Below the pieces are notes generated by a model. The model was not told the origin of the DNA, did no database searches, and saw only the letters and a list, made by a program, of their open reading frames with translations. This document shows, piece by piece, positions 7,975-18,700 of a DNA stretch of 64,000 bases. Position 1 is the stretch's first letter. Each line of letters begins with the position of its first letter. The DNA lies in IMG/VR virus record IMGVR_UViG_3300027770_000027, positions 62,001 to 126,000 of that record; one strand, given 5' to 3'. The position numbers were made by a program, and so were the translations under genes.

Positions 7975-8340
7975 TTACCGCTCCATGGAAGACATGAAAC
8001 GATCTTCGAAATCATTCATGTAGAGGAACTCTGGGTCATTCACCGGAGCATCAAAGGTTGGTTCAAACTTCCCGGCACTTTCAGGAAACTTAGCTTCTCC
8101 TGCCACTTTCCCGTTAATCAAGATACGGACACAACGAAGCTCGTTCGGGTGGCAGACATATTGCCGGGAGTTATTAACAACCCAATCCATCTCCCGCTTG
8201 AGGTCTTGCAGAGCACTGGCTCGGGTCATTCCCACGACCGAATAGATCGTATTCCAATGAATTACTCCAGTATCAGTGAAGACCTGGATCTGAAGGCGAC
8301 CGACGACTGTTTCTTCTGCGAATGATTGTGTTTCCATCAT
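7975..8340 (-). CDS. hypothetical protein
   Basis: Leaderless MM start behind a TTCCCC promoter. Confidence 0.8.
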   Translation of the reverse strand: MMETQSFAEETVVGRLQIQVFTDTGVIHWNTIYSVVGMTRASALQDLKREMDWVVNNSRQYVCHPNELRCVRILINGKVAGEAKFPESAGKFEPTFDAPVNDPEFLYMNDFEDRFMSSMER

Positions 8341-8382
8341 GTATATATCTTAGACGAGGTTGTGGGGAACCGCAAGGACTAC

Positions 8383-8601
8383 TTAAAGGACCACCTGCTC
8401 TGGCTCACTGGCCTGACACACTAGCTCGAGCACCTCCTCCATGTAGGAGACTCCTGCGGCGAAGTTCGCGCGGCCACGGTTGTCGGAGACGTACTGGAGG
8501 ATCACCTGGACTGCTTCAGCCACTGAGACGTGGTTGGCCTTGAGGATCTCTGCGGCGGCGGACTTGGCTGCTTCGGACTGGATGTATTCGTTCTTCATCA
8601 T
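8383..8601 (-). CDS. hypothetical protein
   Basis: MMKN start, own promoter, GC-rich codons. Confidence 0.8.
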   Translation of the reverse strand: MMKNEYIQSEAAKSAAAEILKANHVSVAEAVQVILQYVSDNRGRANFAAGVSYMEEVLELVCQASEPEQVVL

Positions 8602-8643
8602 GTTTATATCTTAGAGGAGGTAATGGGGAAACTCAACGCTTAC

Positions 8644-8904
8644 TTAGATGCCCTGGGCAAGTACGGCGTCCTCTGGGCTCTGCCAGTAGGTCTTCGAGAA
8701 GGTCACTATCCAGGTGTCTCTGTTCACTCGAAGGGCTTTGAACACCAGAGCATTGTCCTCATTGTCCAGCACCGTGATGGCATCCACTGAAGAGGGATGG
8801 AAGACGCGGACCTTGTTGACGATGTACTGGACGCGCTTGGCTTCCTTGGCGAGGACGTTGACTTGCTTCGTGCTGAGGACTCGTGTGTATGTGTTCTTCA
8901 TCAT
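8644..8904 (-). CDS. hypothetical protein
   Basis: MMKN start, own promoter. Confidence 0.8.
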   Translation of the reverse strand: MMKNTYTRVLSTKQVNVLAKEAKRVQYIVNKVRVFHPSSVDAITVLDNEDNALVFKALRVNRDTWIVTFSKTYWQSPEDAVLAQGI

Positions 8905-8913
8905 GTATATATC

Positions 8914-9135
8914 TTAGACGAGGTTGTGGGGAAACGCAAGGGCTTCTGCCTTCTCAAGTGCTTCTTCTCCATCCATTCCCAGCTTCTCGATCTGCTCGAT
9001 CGTGGCGTTGGCTGCTTCACAAGCGGACCTGCGGAGCTTTGCGGCTTCATCCCCCCAAACACCGTCCAGGTCGAAAGCCTGTTGGAGTTGCAAGGTGAGC
9101 TGCTCAAGGAGAATGTCGATCGTGTTTTTCATCAT
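8914..9135 (-). CDS. hypothetical protein
   Basis: MMKN start; C-terminus runs through the next promoter. Confidence 0.8.
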   Translation of the reverse strand: MMKNTIDILLEQLTLQLQQAFDLDGVWGDEAAKLRRSACEAANATIEQIEKLGMDGEEALEKAEALAFPHNLV

Positions 9136-9144
9136 GTAATAATC

Positions 9145-9345
9145 TTAGTCGATCTTAGGGGGAACCGCACGAGCATTGTGCTGCTGGGTCTCATAGCTCC
9201 ACATGACTTGTTCCCAATACTTGATTTCTAATTCCAGGTGTCTAGGAATTAAACATAAGTCTATCTTTCTTCTAGGAAGTTGATCATCTAATTCATTCAA
9301 TCGAGCAATGGCTTGTTCGTAATGTTCTCGAGATATAGGAATCAT
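9145..9345 (-). CDS. hypothetical protein
   Basis: ATGA overlap with the upstream gene. Confidence 0.7.
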   Translation of the reverse strand: MIPISREHYEQAIARLNELDDQLPRRKIDLCLIPRHLELEIKYWEQVMWSYETQQHNARAVPPKID

Positions 9346-9716
9346 TTGCTTTGTAACAATGCTACTCTTTCAGGAACTTCTAGTAACCAGGTTAATCTAA
9401 ACTCACCACCAAATCGATCGGAGATGTAATTTAAGCTACCTTCAATTGAATCAATGGATTCGTAACCATAGGTCTCATCTCCTGTTCGACGATCTGGTTC
9501 GTATGGTGTTATGCTTTTGTATTTTTTGCAGGTTCTTATGTTTCTTTGTTCAAGATAAGACCGATACTTGATAATAACATTCTGATGTTTAATGATTCGT
9601 TCACAGATCTTTTCTAGGTTCCAGTGATAATAAAAGTCTTCAAAGACCTGGTTAGCAATAACTGATCGCCAGGTTTTGGCTTTCTTCTCTAGTCGCTTAA
9701 AGGTCTTGTTCTTCAT
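9342..9716 (-). CDS. hypothetical protein
   Basis: ORF track. Confidence 0.7.
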   Translation of the reverse strand: MKNKTFKRLEKKAKTWRSVIANQVFEDFYYHWNLEKICERIIKHQNVIIKYRSYLEQRNIRTCKKYKSITPYEPDRRTGDETYGYESIDSIEGSLNYISDRFGGEFRLTWLLEVPERVALLQSK

Positions 9717-9717
9717 A

Positions 9718-9981
9718 TTACTTCTCTACAATAGTAACGATGCCTTCTAATACACCGTAAGTAGACTTCTCAGTATACTTGTAAGTGTCTGGTTGTTCTC
9801 CTTCTTTACGTACTCGTGTTAGAATCCAAAGGTCTGTTTGTTTCCAGGAGCAATTGATAAGCTTCTGATCCTTTTCAAGTTCTACGGTCATATTACCACC
9901 AACTGCTCGAGTAAAATAGTTACAGGAAGAAAGAGAAAGAATGGAAACAAGGCCGATTACTTTAAGAATGTTATTGATCAT
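9718..9981 (-). CDS. putative lipoprotein
   Basis: Signal peptide with LSSC lipobox; GG.MTV.L...WK..LW.LTR pattern. Confidence 0.75.
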   Translation of the reverse strand: MINNILKVIGLVSILSLSSCNYFTRAVGGNMTVELEKDQKLINCSWKQTDLWILTRVRKEGEQPDTYKYTEKSTYGVLEGIVTIVEK

Positions 9982-10023
9982 ACGTTAATAATACATGCTG
10001 TGATGGGGAAGAGCAACGTGGTA

Positions 10024-10272
10024 TTAACGAGAAACTCGACTGGTCAATGCTGTCTCATACTTGAGAGCATTACGAACTTCTTCAGGAGTTCCCCCGGTTG
10101 TTGCCAGGGTAACCAAATGGCGTAGAGCTGAGGTAAGAACCCCAGTTGCATAGGGGTAATTGATTGCACCATCTCCTTTACGGCGAGCAGCGTCTTCTAC
10201 TTCATTCAGGTAGTTGCGAAGCAGTTCGTTGATCTCTGAGACGCTGACGGTGTTCTTCTTTCTTTTCATCAT
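10024..10272 (-). CDS. hypothetical protein
   Basis: MMK start, TTCCCC promoter. Confidence 0.8.
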   Translation of the reverse strand: MMKRKKNTVSVSEINELLRNYLNEVEDAARRKGDGAINYPYATGVLTSALRHLVTLATTGGTPEEVRNALKYETALTSRVSR

Positions 10273-10303
10273 GTAATAATCTTACATGATGATGGGGGGA
10301 ACG

Positions 10304-10849
10304 TCACTGTTGAACGCCGTAGAGACTCGCGAGCAAGGACTCGGCTTTATTCAAAGCACCTGGAATACTTGTCTTGTCTACTTTCAATTCTTTAGATGGC
10401 ATAATACCAAATGAATCATAAGCTCTGATGAGTATATGACTTGAGTTATGTATTAAAGTAACTGTGTTGGTAATGTCAGTTAATTGAGCAGTACGACCCT
10501 TGTTTGGATGTTCTGGATCTAATACCTTATGAGTGCTAAGAAAGATACGAGTCCAATCATAACCTTGTTTGCTTAAATCTTTAATCACTTGCGGGGCTTC
10601 CATCAATAGATCTTGAAGGTTTCCATTCTTTAGGTCTTTACTAATAGACTTCTCTCTAGACCAATCTTCTTCACCAAAAACCAAACCATGTATAGAACCA
10701 AAGAACTCTGCTCTAGTAGATAGGTATTGAAACATCTTTGCCAGGACTTCAGGGTCTCTATTAACCTTTGCCTTATTAACGCTCAAAGCATTGGACTCTA
10801 GGACCTTTGCGTAGGCCTGTTCTAATAAAATGGAGTCTTTGGTTCTCAT
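10304..10849 (-). CDS. putative internal virion protein with MRTKDSILLEQAY leader
   Basis: Shared N-terminal peptide; late operon. Confidence 0.8.
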   Translation of the reverse strand: MRTKDSILLEQAYAKVLESNALSVNKAKVNRDPEVLAKMFQYLSTRAEFFGSIHGLVFGEEDWSREKSISKDLKNGNLQDLLMEAPQVIKDLSKQGYDWTRIFLSTHKVLDPEHPNKGRTAQLTDITNTVTLIHNSSHILIRAYDSFGIMPSKELKVDKTSIPGALNKAESLLASLYGVQQ

Positions 10850-10853
10850 ATGA

Positions 10854-11408
10854 TTAACGTTTCATTCCACCGATTCTAAAGCTTTGTCCAGCTTTTGCAT
10901 GAACTTCTGCAGGGGAGTCTTCCAGGAAACGAACACTAACTGTGGTGCCTTGATTTACATTATAGTCCTGACCTTTAATGGTTAAAATTAAATTACCGTT
11001 CTTTGTGTAATCTTGATCTCCGGAAGATCTCTTAACATCCTGAATAACGCCTTGAGCAAATACTCCATCCTCTAATTCAAACTTTGTATGAGCAACACTA
11101 CCACCAGATCCAGGCACTGTAGCACTACCATCATCACGACCATAACCAGAGGTTTGTTTATGACCAGTGACTCTAGACAAAGACACTTCTTTACCAACCA
11201 GGGTCTTTAGTTTAGCAAAGGCATTATCCTTTTCAAAAGATGGGAGCATATTGAATCTAGGAATAAGATTATTAGCTTCGTCTTCAGATATAGGAGCTTG
11301 TTGATCCTTGAAATGCATTGCATCAATCTCTTTAGCTCTCCTGGAACTAATCCCTTCTTGGACAGTTTCATAGGCTTGCTCAAGTAAAATAGTGTCTTTA
11401 GTTCTCAT
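10854..11408 (-). CDS. putative internal virion protein with MRTKDTILLEQAY leader (start revised)
   Basis: ATAAATA 9 nt upstream of the ATG at 11408. Confidence 0.8.
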   Translation of the reverse strand: MRTKDTILLEQAYETVQEGISSRRAKEIDAMHFKDQQAPISEDEANNLIPRFNMLPSFEKDNAFAKLKTLVGKEVSLSRVTGHKQTSGYGRDDGSATVPGSGGSVAHTKFELEDGVFAQGVIQDVKRSSGDQDYTKNGNLILTIKGQDYNVNQGTTVSVRFLEDSPAEVHAKAGQSFRIGGMKR

Positions 11409-11419
11409 TGTTATATTAT

Positions 11420-11770
11420 TTATTCTCCTTGTTCGTCTTCTTCTGTAGGATGAGACATATAATCCCACTTATCCCAGCTACTCATTTCAGGTTCTTCTTC
11501 TTCATCTTGATCATTGCTTTGATCCTTAGCTTTAATGAGAGCGGCTAGTTGAACTGCTAACTTGGCAATCTCTGGGTCCATTACTCTTTGATGCCCGTAT
11601 TGACCCCAATGAGCTAGTTCATCCAATACAGCTTCCATACTATGAGGAAGAGTCCCACTTGGTTTATTTGGATTTGCTAGGATATCTTTAGCCTCTTTCT
11701 CTGGATTGAATTCCATGACAAGCTTATAAGCTTCATGTATATTGGTTAATTCTTTACTCGGGAGTCTCAT
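11420..11770 (-). CDS. putative internal virion protein (MRLPSKELTNIHEAYKLVME)
   Basis: ATAAATA upstream; variant leader; acidic tail. Confidence 0.75.
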   Translation of the reverse strand: MRLPSKELTNIHEAYKLVMEFNPEKEAKDILANPNKPSGTLPHSMEAVLDELAHWGQYGHQRVMDPEIAKLAVQLAALIKAKDQSNDQDEEEEPEMSSWDKWDYMSHPTEEDEQGE

Positions 11771-11832
11771 TTGTTTTTATTATTTATCCTCAAAGAGCAT
11801 CATAAACACAAACCAAAATAAGATTAAAGCAA

Positions 11833-12063
11833 TCATTTGTTGGCGTTGCATTTGTAATGTTCGTACAAAGCTTCTTCGATTTCTCTACGTTCTTTTCTAT
11901 TAAATTGACTAGTGACATCATCACATTCCCAGTTTTGAATCCTTACTGAATGTGGACAACCTTGTTGATCTAGATATTCAAATACGAATAGTCTGTAGTC
12001 ATCATATACAATTTCTGTGACTCGTTCAATGATAGCTCGAAGGGTTGATTTAACAATTTTCAT
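11833..12063 (-). CDS. hypothetical protein
   Basis: ORF track. Confidence 0.65.
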   Translation of the reverse strand: MKIVKSTLRAIIERVTEIVYDDYRLFVFEYLDQQGCPHSVRIQNWECDDVTSQFNRKERREIEEALYEHYKCNANK

Positions 12064-12182
12064 TTAAGCAAATAAGCAATAAGAATGGTGGCTGTGACTG
12101 CTCCTGTGAATGATGCTACAACTACTCCTAGAAACATAAGAGTATAGCGAAGGTATGGTTTGTCTGTATTAAACGTTTTCAT
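12060..12182 (-). CDS. 40-aa single-TM protein
   Basis: Not in the track; ATGA overlap with 11833-12063. Confidence 0.6.
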   Translation of the reverse strand: MKTFNTDKPYLRYTLMFLGVVVASFTGAVTATILIAYLLK

Positions 12183-12228
12183 TATTCCGGATAGTGGACT
12201 TCAACTACTTTATGTACTTTGGTTTGTT

Positions 12229-12579
12229 CTACCAATTGATGTCTTTATTTTCAACAATGCCGACAGGAGAACCATCTGTACGAAAGATGACAATCCGGAA
12301 ATCTTCCTTAGCTTTGCTCCAAGCTTCTAATTGGTCAAACTCTTTATTACCAAACATCATCAACGTATGGCCCCGACGCAATTCAGCTCGAAAAGTACTC
12401 AAAGCTACTGAAGGAATATTAGATGACAAAGCTATAAGAGTCTTACCCAGATCAATAAGATCTTCTGCAAATTCAGAGACATCATTATCTCCTTGAGTGT
12501 CATTCAAGAAATCCATCATGGCTTCCTGATACCGTGTGATCATGTCTTCTGCGTTAGCAATCAATGTGTTCTTCATCAT
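12229..12579 (-). CDS. hypothetical protein
   Basis: MMKN start, TTCCCC promoter. Confidence 0.8.
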   Translation of the reverse strand: MMKNTLIANAEDMITRYQEAMMDFLNDTQGDNDVSEFAEDLIDLGKTLIALSSNIPSVALSTFRAELRRGHTLMMFGNKEFDQLEAWSKAKEDFRIVIFRTDGSPVGIVENKDINW

Positions 12580-12617
12580 GTAAATATATTAGTTAAAGTT
12601 ATGGGGAACCTCAAGGC

Positions 12618-12938
12618 TTACTTGCAGAGAGCCTTGCGAATCGGATCTACTCCGGTCAGGCGAACCAACTGCCTCGCATACACCGGGACCTTCCTCATTA
12701 CGAGGGCTAGCTGCTTGGGAGTCAATCTCCCGTATTGCTGGAAGGCTTTGGCCATGCGAGTGAGGATGAAAGCATCACAGCAACGGAACCCCACTCCATT
12801 GTGCATCTCTGTGCGGTCCTTATCTTGCTCCTCATCAGTCTGCTCCTTGGCGATGCGGACCAAGGCTCGAACAGCCCATGCTTCATCGGTGGCGAGCTTG
12901 TTTTGGAGAGCGGCGATAACGTCTTCTTGTTTCATCAT
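12618..12938 (-). CDS. conserved phage hypothetical protein (NGVGF...DA..LT...LTPKQ)
   Basis: Motif recognition; own promoter. Confidence 0.8.
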   Translation of the reverse strand: MMKQEDVIAALQNKLATDEAWAVRALVRIAKEQTDEEQDKDRTEMHNGVGFRCCDAFILTRMAKAFQQYGRLTPKQLALVMRKVPVYARQLVRLTGVDPIRKALCK

Positions 12939-12976
12939 GTAAATATATTAGCAGAGGATGGAGGGAACCTCCCGCT

Positions 12977-13441
12977 CTATTCCAGTGTCACGAGACCTGG
13001 AGCGATGCGATACACGATACAACCGAGGACTTCGGTTCCCTGCTTCCAATGAGCTTCACAGCGGTAAACTCCTTCTTCTACAAGCTTATTACAAAACACG
13101 GTAATCTCTAAATCACGACCGGTCTTAACCTTAAAAGCATAAGCTCCTTCACCAGGAGATTCTACTCGAACGATACGAGTACGAACCTTAAAGCCTGCAT
13201 GCTTCTGAGGAATGGGGTTGCCGTTGATCATCGTGGGCAGAGAAAACTTCCCGGGAGTATCATAGGTGACCACTCCACTCTGCTCGCCGCCTACAACAAC
13301 CTCCGGAATGTTATTGCGGTTGGAAGGCGTAAACAAAGTCCCTCGATCAGCATGTGCAAGAGCGTAGCTGAGGACATAGATCACGTTGCGGTTGTGCTGC
13401 TTCTGATTGTTCTGCGTAGGCTTGAAGGTGTTTCTCATCAT
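12977..13441 (-). CDS. hypothetical protein
   Basis: MM start, own promoter. Confidence 0.8.
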   Translation of the reverse strand: MMRNTFKPTQNNQKQHNRNVIYVLSYALAHADRGTLFTPSNRNNIPEVVVGGEQSGVVTYDTPGKFSLPTMINGNPIPQKHAGFKVRTRIVRVESPGEGAYAFKVKTGRDLEITVFCNKLVEEGVYRCEAHWKQGTEVLGCIVYRIAPGLVTLE

Positions 13442-13453
13442 GTAAATATCTTA

Positions 13454-13882
13454 TCAGACCAAGTGGGGAACCTCACGCGCGATCTCAGCTTTCAGTTCAG
13501 CTTCGAACTTTTCGCTGTTAATTAGCCGAGAGAGCTCGTCCGCCTCTTCTGGGGTTACGAACATGTCGACCCAGAAATTTCTCCCGTAAGTGTTAAGTTC
13601 GTGTTTGACGATATATCCCTGAGAACAACCACAGGAACACCCAGCCTTGGAGGAGAACTTAATACTACAAGCATCCGGGAACAACTCCTTCAAAGCCTTC
13701 GAGTTTGCTTTACTAGCCAAGGCTTTGACCTTACCCCAGGTCTTACATTTGAAGGGGAGGTTGTAGATCTGGTTCTTATCAAACCAAGCATCCACTACCT
13801 TATCTAGGAAGGATTCAACATAGACAATGCTGTTCCCGATTTTGTTGCGCTGACTGGATTGGGTGATCGTTGCTTTCATCAT
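13454..13882 (-). CDS. hypothetical protein (FS.KAGCSCGCS.G motif)
   Basis: Cys motif seen in phage proteins; own promoter. Confidence 0.8.
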   Translation of the reverse strand: MMKATITQSSQRNKIGNSIVYVESFLDKVVDAWFDKNQIYNLPFKCKTWGKVKALASKANSKALKELFPDACSIKFSSKAGCSCGCSQGYIVKHELNTYGRNFWVDMFVTPEEADELSRLINSEKFEAELKAEIAREVPHLV

Positions 13883-13911
13883 GTAATAATCTTACATGAT
13901 GATGGGGGGAA

Positions 13912-14673
13912 CTACACGGCAGATTTGCTCAATTCAAACTCAACCTGGTAACTACTCCTGAAGACATCTAAATCCCATTGAGGTCCTAATTTGTTCTTTA
14001 GTTGTTGAGCTAATCTTTTGTATAAAGTAACTTTGCCGTGATCAGAAGACTTAGCTGAGAATCCAATGATGGTATACTTCTTAGAGTTCTTAGACAAATA
14101 TTCATTCACTATCTTCAACACAGTGGCCATAACTCTAAATGCTTTACCAGTGCCAGTCATGTCTGCGGTGCCTTGAATATTCTTATCCTCATCTGTATAA
14201 TGGAACATAATAGTTAACCTTTGAGGATATTCCGGATCTTCTAATGTCAGTACGGTGTATAAAACTTTTGGGTTATTAGGATCAGGGAAGAATATAAAAC
14301 CCCCATCCCTTTCAGACCATTGGTATGGATAGGGATTATCCATAGATTCTTCTACTACACTTTCAGGTACACAGTTAGGTACTTGTTTACCATTCTTGGT
14401 CTTAGTGCCTATTGGTTTATAACCATCCCAACAGGTGTTTTTCATTCTCTTTTTTTCTTCCAGATACTCTGAGAATGTAGGAATGGTTGCTTCTGTATGA
14501 GAATGATACTTGGCTAACCGTTTCTTTAACATCTTAACCCAACCAATGTTATTAGTACGTTTAGCCTCTTTCATATCCTTATGAGCTGCTGCAGCTTTGT
14601 GAGACCAGAACTGTTTTTTATCTGTGTTGGATTCTTTCTTGCCCGGCTTAGCTTTCTTGGATATATCACTCAT
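13912..14673 (-). CDS. modular late protein with CWDGY...KVPNCVP motif (start revised to MSDISK)
   Basis: ATAAATA upstream of 14673; internal IPTFSEYLEE and VVEES. Confidence 0.8.
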   Translation of the reverse strand: MSDISKKAKPGKKESNTDKKQFWSHKAAAAHKDMKEAKRTNNIGWVKMLKKRLAKYHSHTEATIPTFSEYLEEKKRMKNTCWDGYKPIGTKTKNGKQVPNCVPESVVEESMDNPYPYQWSERDGGFIFFPDPNNPKVLYTVLTLEDPEYPQRLTIMFHYTDEDKNIQGTADMTGTGKAFRVMATVLKIVNEYLSKNSKKYTIIGFSAKSSDHGKVTLYKRLAQQLKNKLGPQWDLDVFRSSYQVEFELSKSAV

Positions 14674-14677
14674 ATAT

Positions 14678-15136
14678 CTATTTATTGTTTGATCCCCTCT
14701 TTCCAAAGGCAGGTAATAAATCAAAGGCTATACCATCTTCAATCAATTGAAGAACCGGATCTGATACTTCATACTCTTTAATAGTAATCTTTACTTGTCC
14801 AGTGAACCAATCTTTAAGATGAAGGGCATATGTCTTTTGAGGGCCTAAGCCGGCGTGTTGTAATAACCTGTCCTTAAGATTCTTTCTAGAAGATCCTACA
14901 TACATTACATCTGAAGCACAGTTAAGCTTGGGCATAGCTACATACTCTTTATATTTAAGAGCCAAAAAATCTGCCCGGGTCTTAATCTTATCCCCATTGA
15001 CTTCTTCGATGATATAAACTCCTCTAGTAATGGTTAATGATTTAATATCCTCTAGGTCTGTAATAACCACCTCTTTCTTAGGAACAGCTTTAAGGGCTAA
15101 CTCTGTATCCTTAATAAGGTTTTCGAGATACTTCAT
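14678..15136 (-). CDS. GIY-YIG-like nuclease
   Basis: GVYII...MYVGSS...L.DRL.QH...IE. Confidence 0.6.
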   Translation of the reverse strand: MKYLENLIKDTELALKAVPKKEVVITDLEDIKSLTITRGVYIIEEVNGDKIKTRADFLALKYKEYVAMPKLNCASDVMYVGSSRKNLKDRLLQHAGLGPQKTYALHLKDWFTGQVKITIKEYEVSDPVLQLIEDGIAFDLLPAFGKRGSNNK

Positions 15137-15303
15137 TTTACTATTACTCTTGGTTCTCCGGTGTCTGAGGGAGTATTAGCAATAACTTGTTTATAGAAAG
15201 CACTTACAGCTTTACAACAACTTGGAGGTATACTCAAAGCAGTTCCTACAAAGAGCCATACCAAACCTATCTTTACCAAACTATCTTTTATTTCTTCTCT
15301 CAT

Positions 15304-15753
15304 TTAAGTTGTTTTATTAATAAAATATTCTTCTACGGCTTCTTTACCATATCGTTCAATTGCGTGGGTATCACACAAAGTTTTAATCCATCCAAGAGAA
15401 ATGCGCCTACCAGGGCACCCACATTTCTCACAAGTAACACTACTTAGCAACTCAGCATATCTAACAAGGTGACTAGTAACACTGTTTCCCCCATCACAAT
15501 ATAAACGAAGAGTTCCGAACTTTTCTTTAATTTGAACAAATACCGGGAGTTCCTTTTTAATTGCTTCTAATTGAGTAGAATCTTCTTGTCTTTTAAAATG
15601 TTCATAATCCATACAAATGGTTTTGCATAGACCGTGAATAATATTAAACCAACCAATGCCACATTCAAATCCATAATGTAAAGATCTTTTAGTAGAATCC
15701 TTATGGTTGAATAAGAGGGGATAATCTGCTTCTAATAGTTTATAGTTTTTCAT
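15304..15753 (-). CDS. conserved phage protein (QIKEKFGTLR...CEKCG)
   Basis: Motif recognition. Confidence 0.85.
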   Translation of the reverse strand: MKNYKLLEADYPLLFNHKDSTKRSLHYGFECGIGWFNIIHGLCKTICMDYEHFKRQEDSTQLEAIKKELPVFVQIKEKFGTLRLYCDGGNSVTSHLVRYAELLSSVTCEKCGCPGRRISLGWIKTLCDTHAIERYGKEAVEEYFINKTT

Positions 15754-18700
15754 TTTGTTCTCTCAAATCATCTAATTTATTAAACATCTCACAAGACTTT
15801 AAAGTGTGATACGAAGCCAATAAACGGATAACTCCCATCAACACGGTATCCTCTTCACTACAGAAATCGTCTACATAGGCTCCAATTACCCCAAGCATTC
15901 GACTATGAGACTTGAGCTCTTCAAATTGTTCTTCTGTCAATTCTTTCATATTAACCTATTTGTTTTTTACTTCTTTCTTATTATAGTATAAATTGATAGG
16001 AACATCACCGTACACCTATCACTTTTTGCATCTCTTCAAGAGCTTTTTTGACATCATCACAACCTCTATTATAATGCCAATCGTTCTTAGCTCCTAACCA
16101 ACAATCAAAATCTGAGTAATTCCAAGTTTCAAATCTGACGTATTTAAATGCTTCAAATTCTGTAACCTTTACCCATTCTTCGGTGAATGATATTCCTGCT
16201 TTTGGTCCTTTGTAATCTTTTGGATAATCTGTTCTCATTTATTCCTTTTGCTATTTTCTTTCAGCCAATTATATTGAGCCAATGCTTCTTCTGTAGTAAC
16301 AATTCGTCTGATGATTTCATTTTCTTTTACTACAAGATGCCCACCATCAACCTTAAATTTATACTCAACACAATCAACATCAAAATAATGAGGAGTAAGA
16401 ACAGTTTCCACAAAAGTTCCAACATCTTCATATGTTTTACCAGCAAACTCATATCGAAGCAAGTATCTTTTATCTTCTTTAGGAATCATAACAAATTCAC
16501 TCCATGTGATGCAGCATCATATCCGAATAATATTCTACAGATTCTTTTTAGTTTAGCAATCTCTTCTCTCTGCTCATCAATGATCCTTTGTTTATCCTGC
16601 TCTCTAATGTCCATCATTTTAATCCTATCTGCTGCGTGCATTGCTAATGATGCAGCAGTATTAGGTGCAACACAAACTCCATCAGCTTCTGTAGCATTAG
16701 GAAAGTTCGTTGGATCATCTTTGTACCAAGGATATCCCAATGCTTTGCCTAAGATTTGTTCAATTTGATGAAATTCTTCCAGCATCTTATCTCTCACACG
16801 TTTGAGCCTGAGAATATCATCTATCCCTCCGTCGATGATAGCTGCATAATCTTTTAGTAGTTGATCTCTGTCTGTCATATTAGTAAATCTCTTTGCTTCT
16901 TCCGTTATCAGTTTCTTCGAAGACTTCTATCTCGTATGAATTTGATCTTGATTTTCTAGAAATATATTTTTTTGCTGCGTCTTCTGTAAAGAATACATCA
17001 ATAAATGGACGAGAATCATATCCGTTAAAGAATACGAGGTAAACTCTTTGCTTCTTTATCACTCGTTCTTCAACCATATGTGGGGCAAAAAGTTCTTCTT
17101 GATCTACACGCTCTCTATTATTACCCAATCTCTCGTCTAGTCTATCTCGTTCCATCTTTCTCCGTTCAGCCAAAGCATCAATACCTTCTGTTAGTTCATT
17201 CATAAGATTGCGGTTCATTATCTTTATTGACCAGAATAAGACTTTAACAATCCTTCTAATGCTTGTTCTAAAATAAGCTTTTCGTTTTTGAGGATTTCTA
17301 AATACTTTTTATTTTTTCTATCAACATAATCATTATCGTGAATGTAAATCTCGTCATTTACATGCTCAAGACCGATACGAATTGCTTGTTGCGCTGCATA
17401 AATGTCGTCTTTTAGCATTACCCATGTTTCTGGGGCGTAGCCTTGACTATAATTAGGTGTTTCTTCGTTCATAAGGTTACGTTTCATATTTTTCAATAGC
17501 ATCTGCGTAGCTAACTAAATTATCATCACATTCTTCCCAAGATTTAGCTGTTCTCTCTTTTTCTGCCTCAACTAGACGCTGAACTACTTCCTTTACCTTT
17601 TCTGGAAGAGTTTCGATTTCATGTTTTGGGTATAGTACAGACAATTCTTTCATTATGTCAATTAAGATGCCATAAAGGTTTGTATTCTTTTTTGCAAGAT
17701 CTGTAGTACTTTCTACAAGGTTAATGAGTTGTTCGTTATTCATAGTTCTCTGTATTTCATCAACTCTGCCAAAAATTTATCTGCCATCAGTACCCATTGT
17801 TCGTTTTGTTTTTTAAGTGTTTCTAATTCTTCTTCTAAATTTTCTGCTTTGATCTGAGCTTTGTCTAGTTCTTTGGAAAGTAGATGTATTTGATTCACAA
17901 AATCATCATACTCAACTCTAAACTTATCTTCCATAATCGTAGCAACAATATTCACCATCTCTGGAACTTCAAGATATTTTCGGTATCCAGCTTCATCATT
18001 AACTTCTTTGATTTTTTGAAGAGTTAGTTCTTCAAGGTGTTCTCTGTTGAATTTCATACATCAATTATTTTTCAAAAATTATTAAAATCATCTTCTGTTG
18101 GATGAGTTCTCCAAGTGTTATAGGAATAGTATTTCACTTTACGTAATATTTTTTGGGGTCTAATTCATAAATGAACCAAGATTCAACCTTAACAATTCTC
18201 TTCATTACTCTGAGTTTGATAGGACATCCCCATCTACCTTCTTTAGCAATCGCTATGGCTTTATGAATAGCTGTTTGCTCATCTTTGTATCTGTATTCAT
18301 TACCAAAAGGATCTTGTAGTTCTTTCCATAGATAAGACATTTTTCCTGTTACATGGTCTACGTAACCAGCTTCAAATTCTATGCAGTAAAATTGTGTATC
18401 TTCATTCATATTAAGCAACGCTTAATTCTTCTCCAATATACCAAAGAATAGCTGTAAATTTGTTATTATCAAATTTACCTTCTTCATCGTATACATCTAA
18501 AATTTCATGATCTAGACAAATATCTTCAATTCTAGATTCAAGATCTCGTGCAATCTTTTCGAGCAATACTTTTTGCTCTGAAGTTAAAGTGTAGTTTGAC
18601 ATTCCCATATTAATTTTTTAGTTGAGCTGCAATTTGATCAATTACTTTTTGACCAGAAAGTTCATCCCGTTCAGACTTAGAAAACAATACATTGTGTTTT

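Noticed and set aside
17-13911. Repeats as a CRISPR array
   Set aside because: Spacing is 130 bp to several kb and each interval is a gene; the repeats have promoter architecture and no cas genes are visible.
17195-17487. Duplicated M(N/K)RNLMNE starts in adjacent genes
   Set aside because: A real but very short local duplication, too little to support a function.
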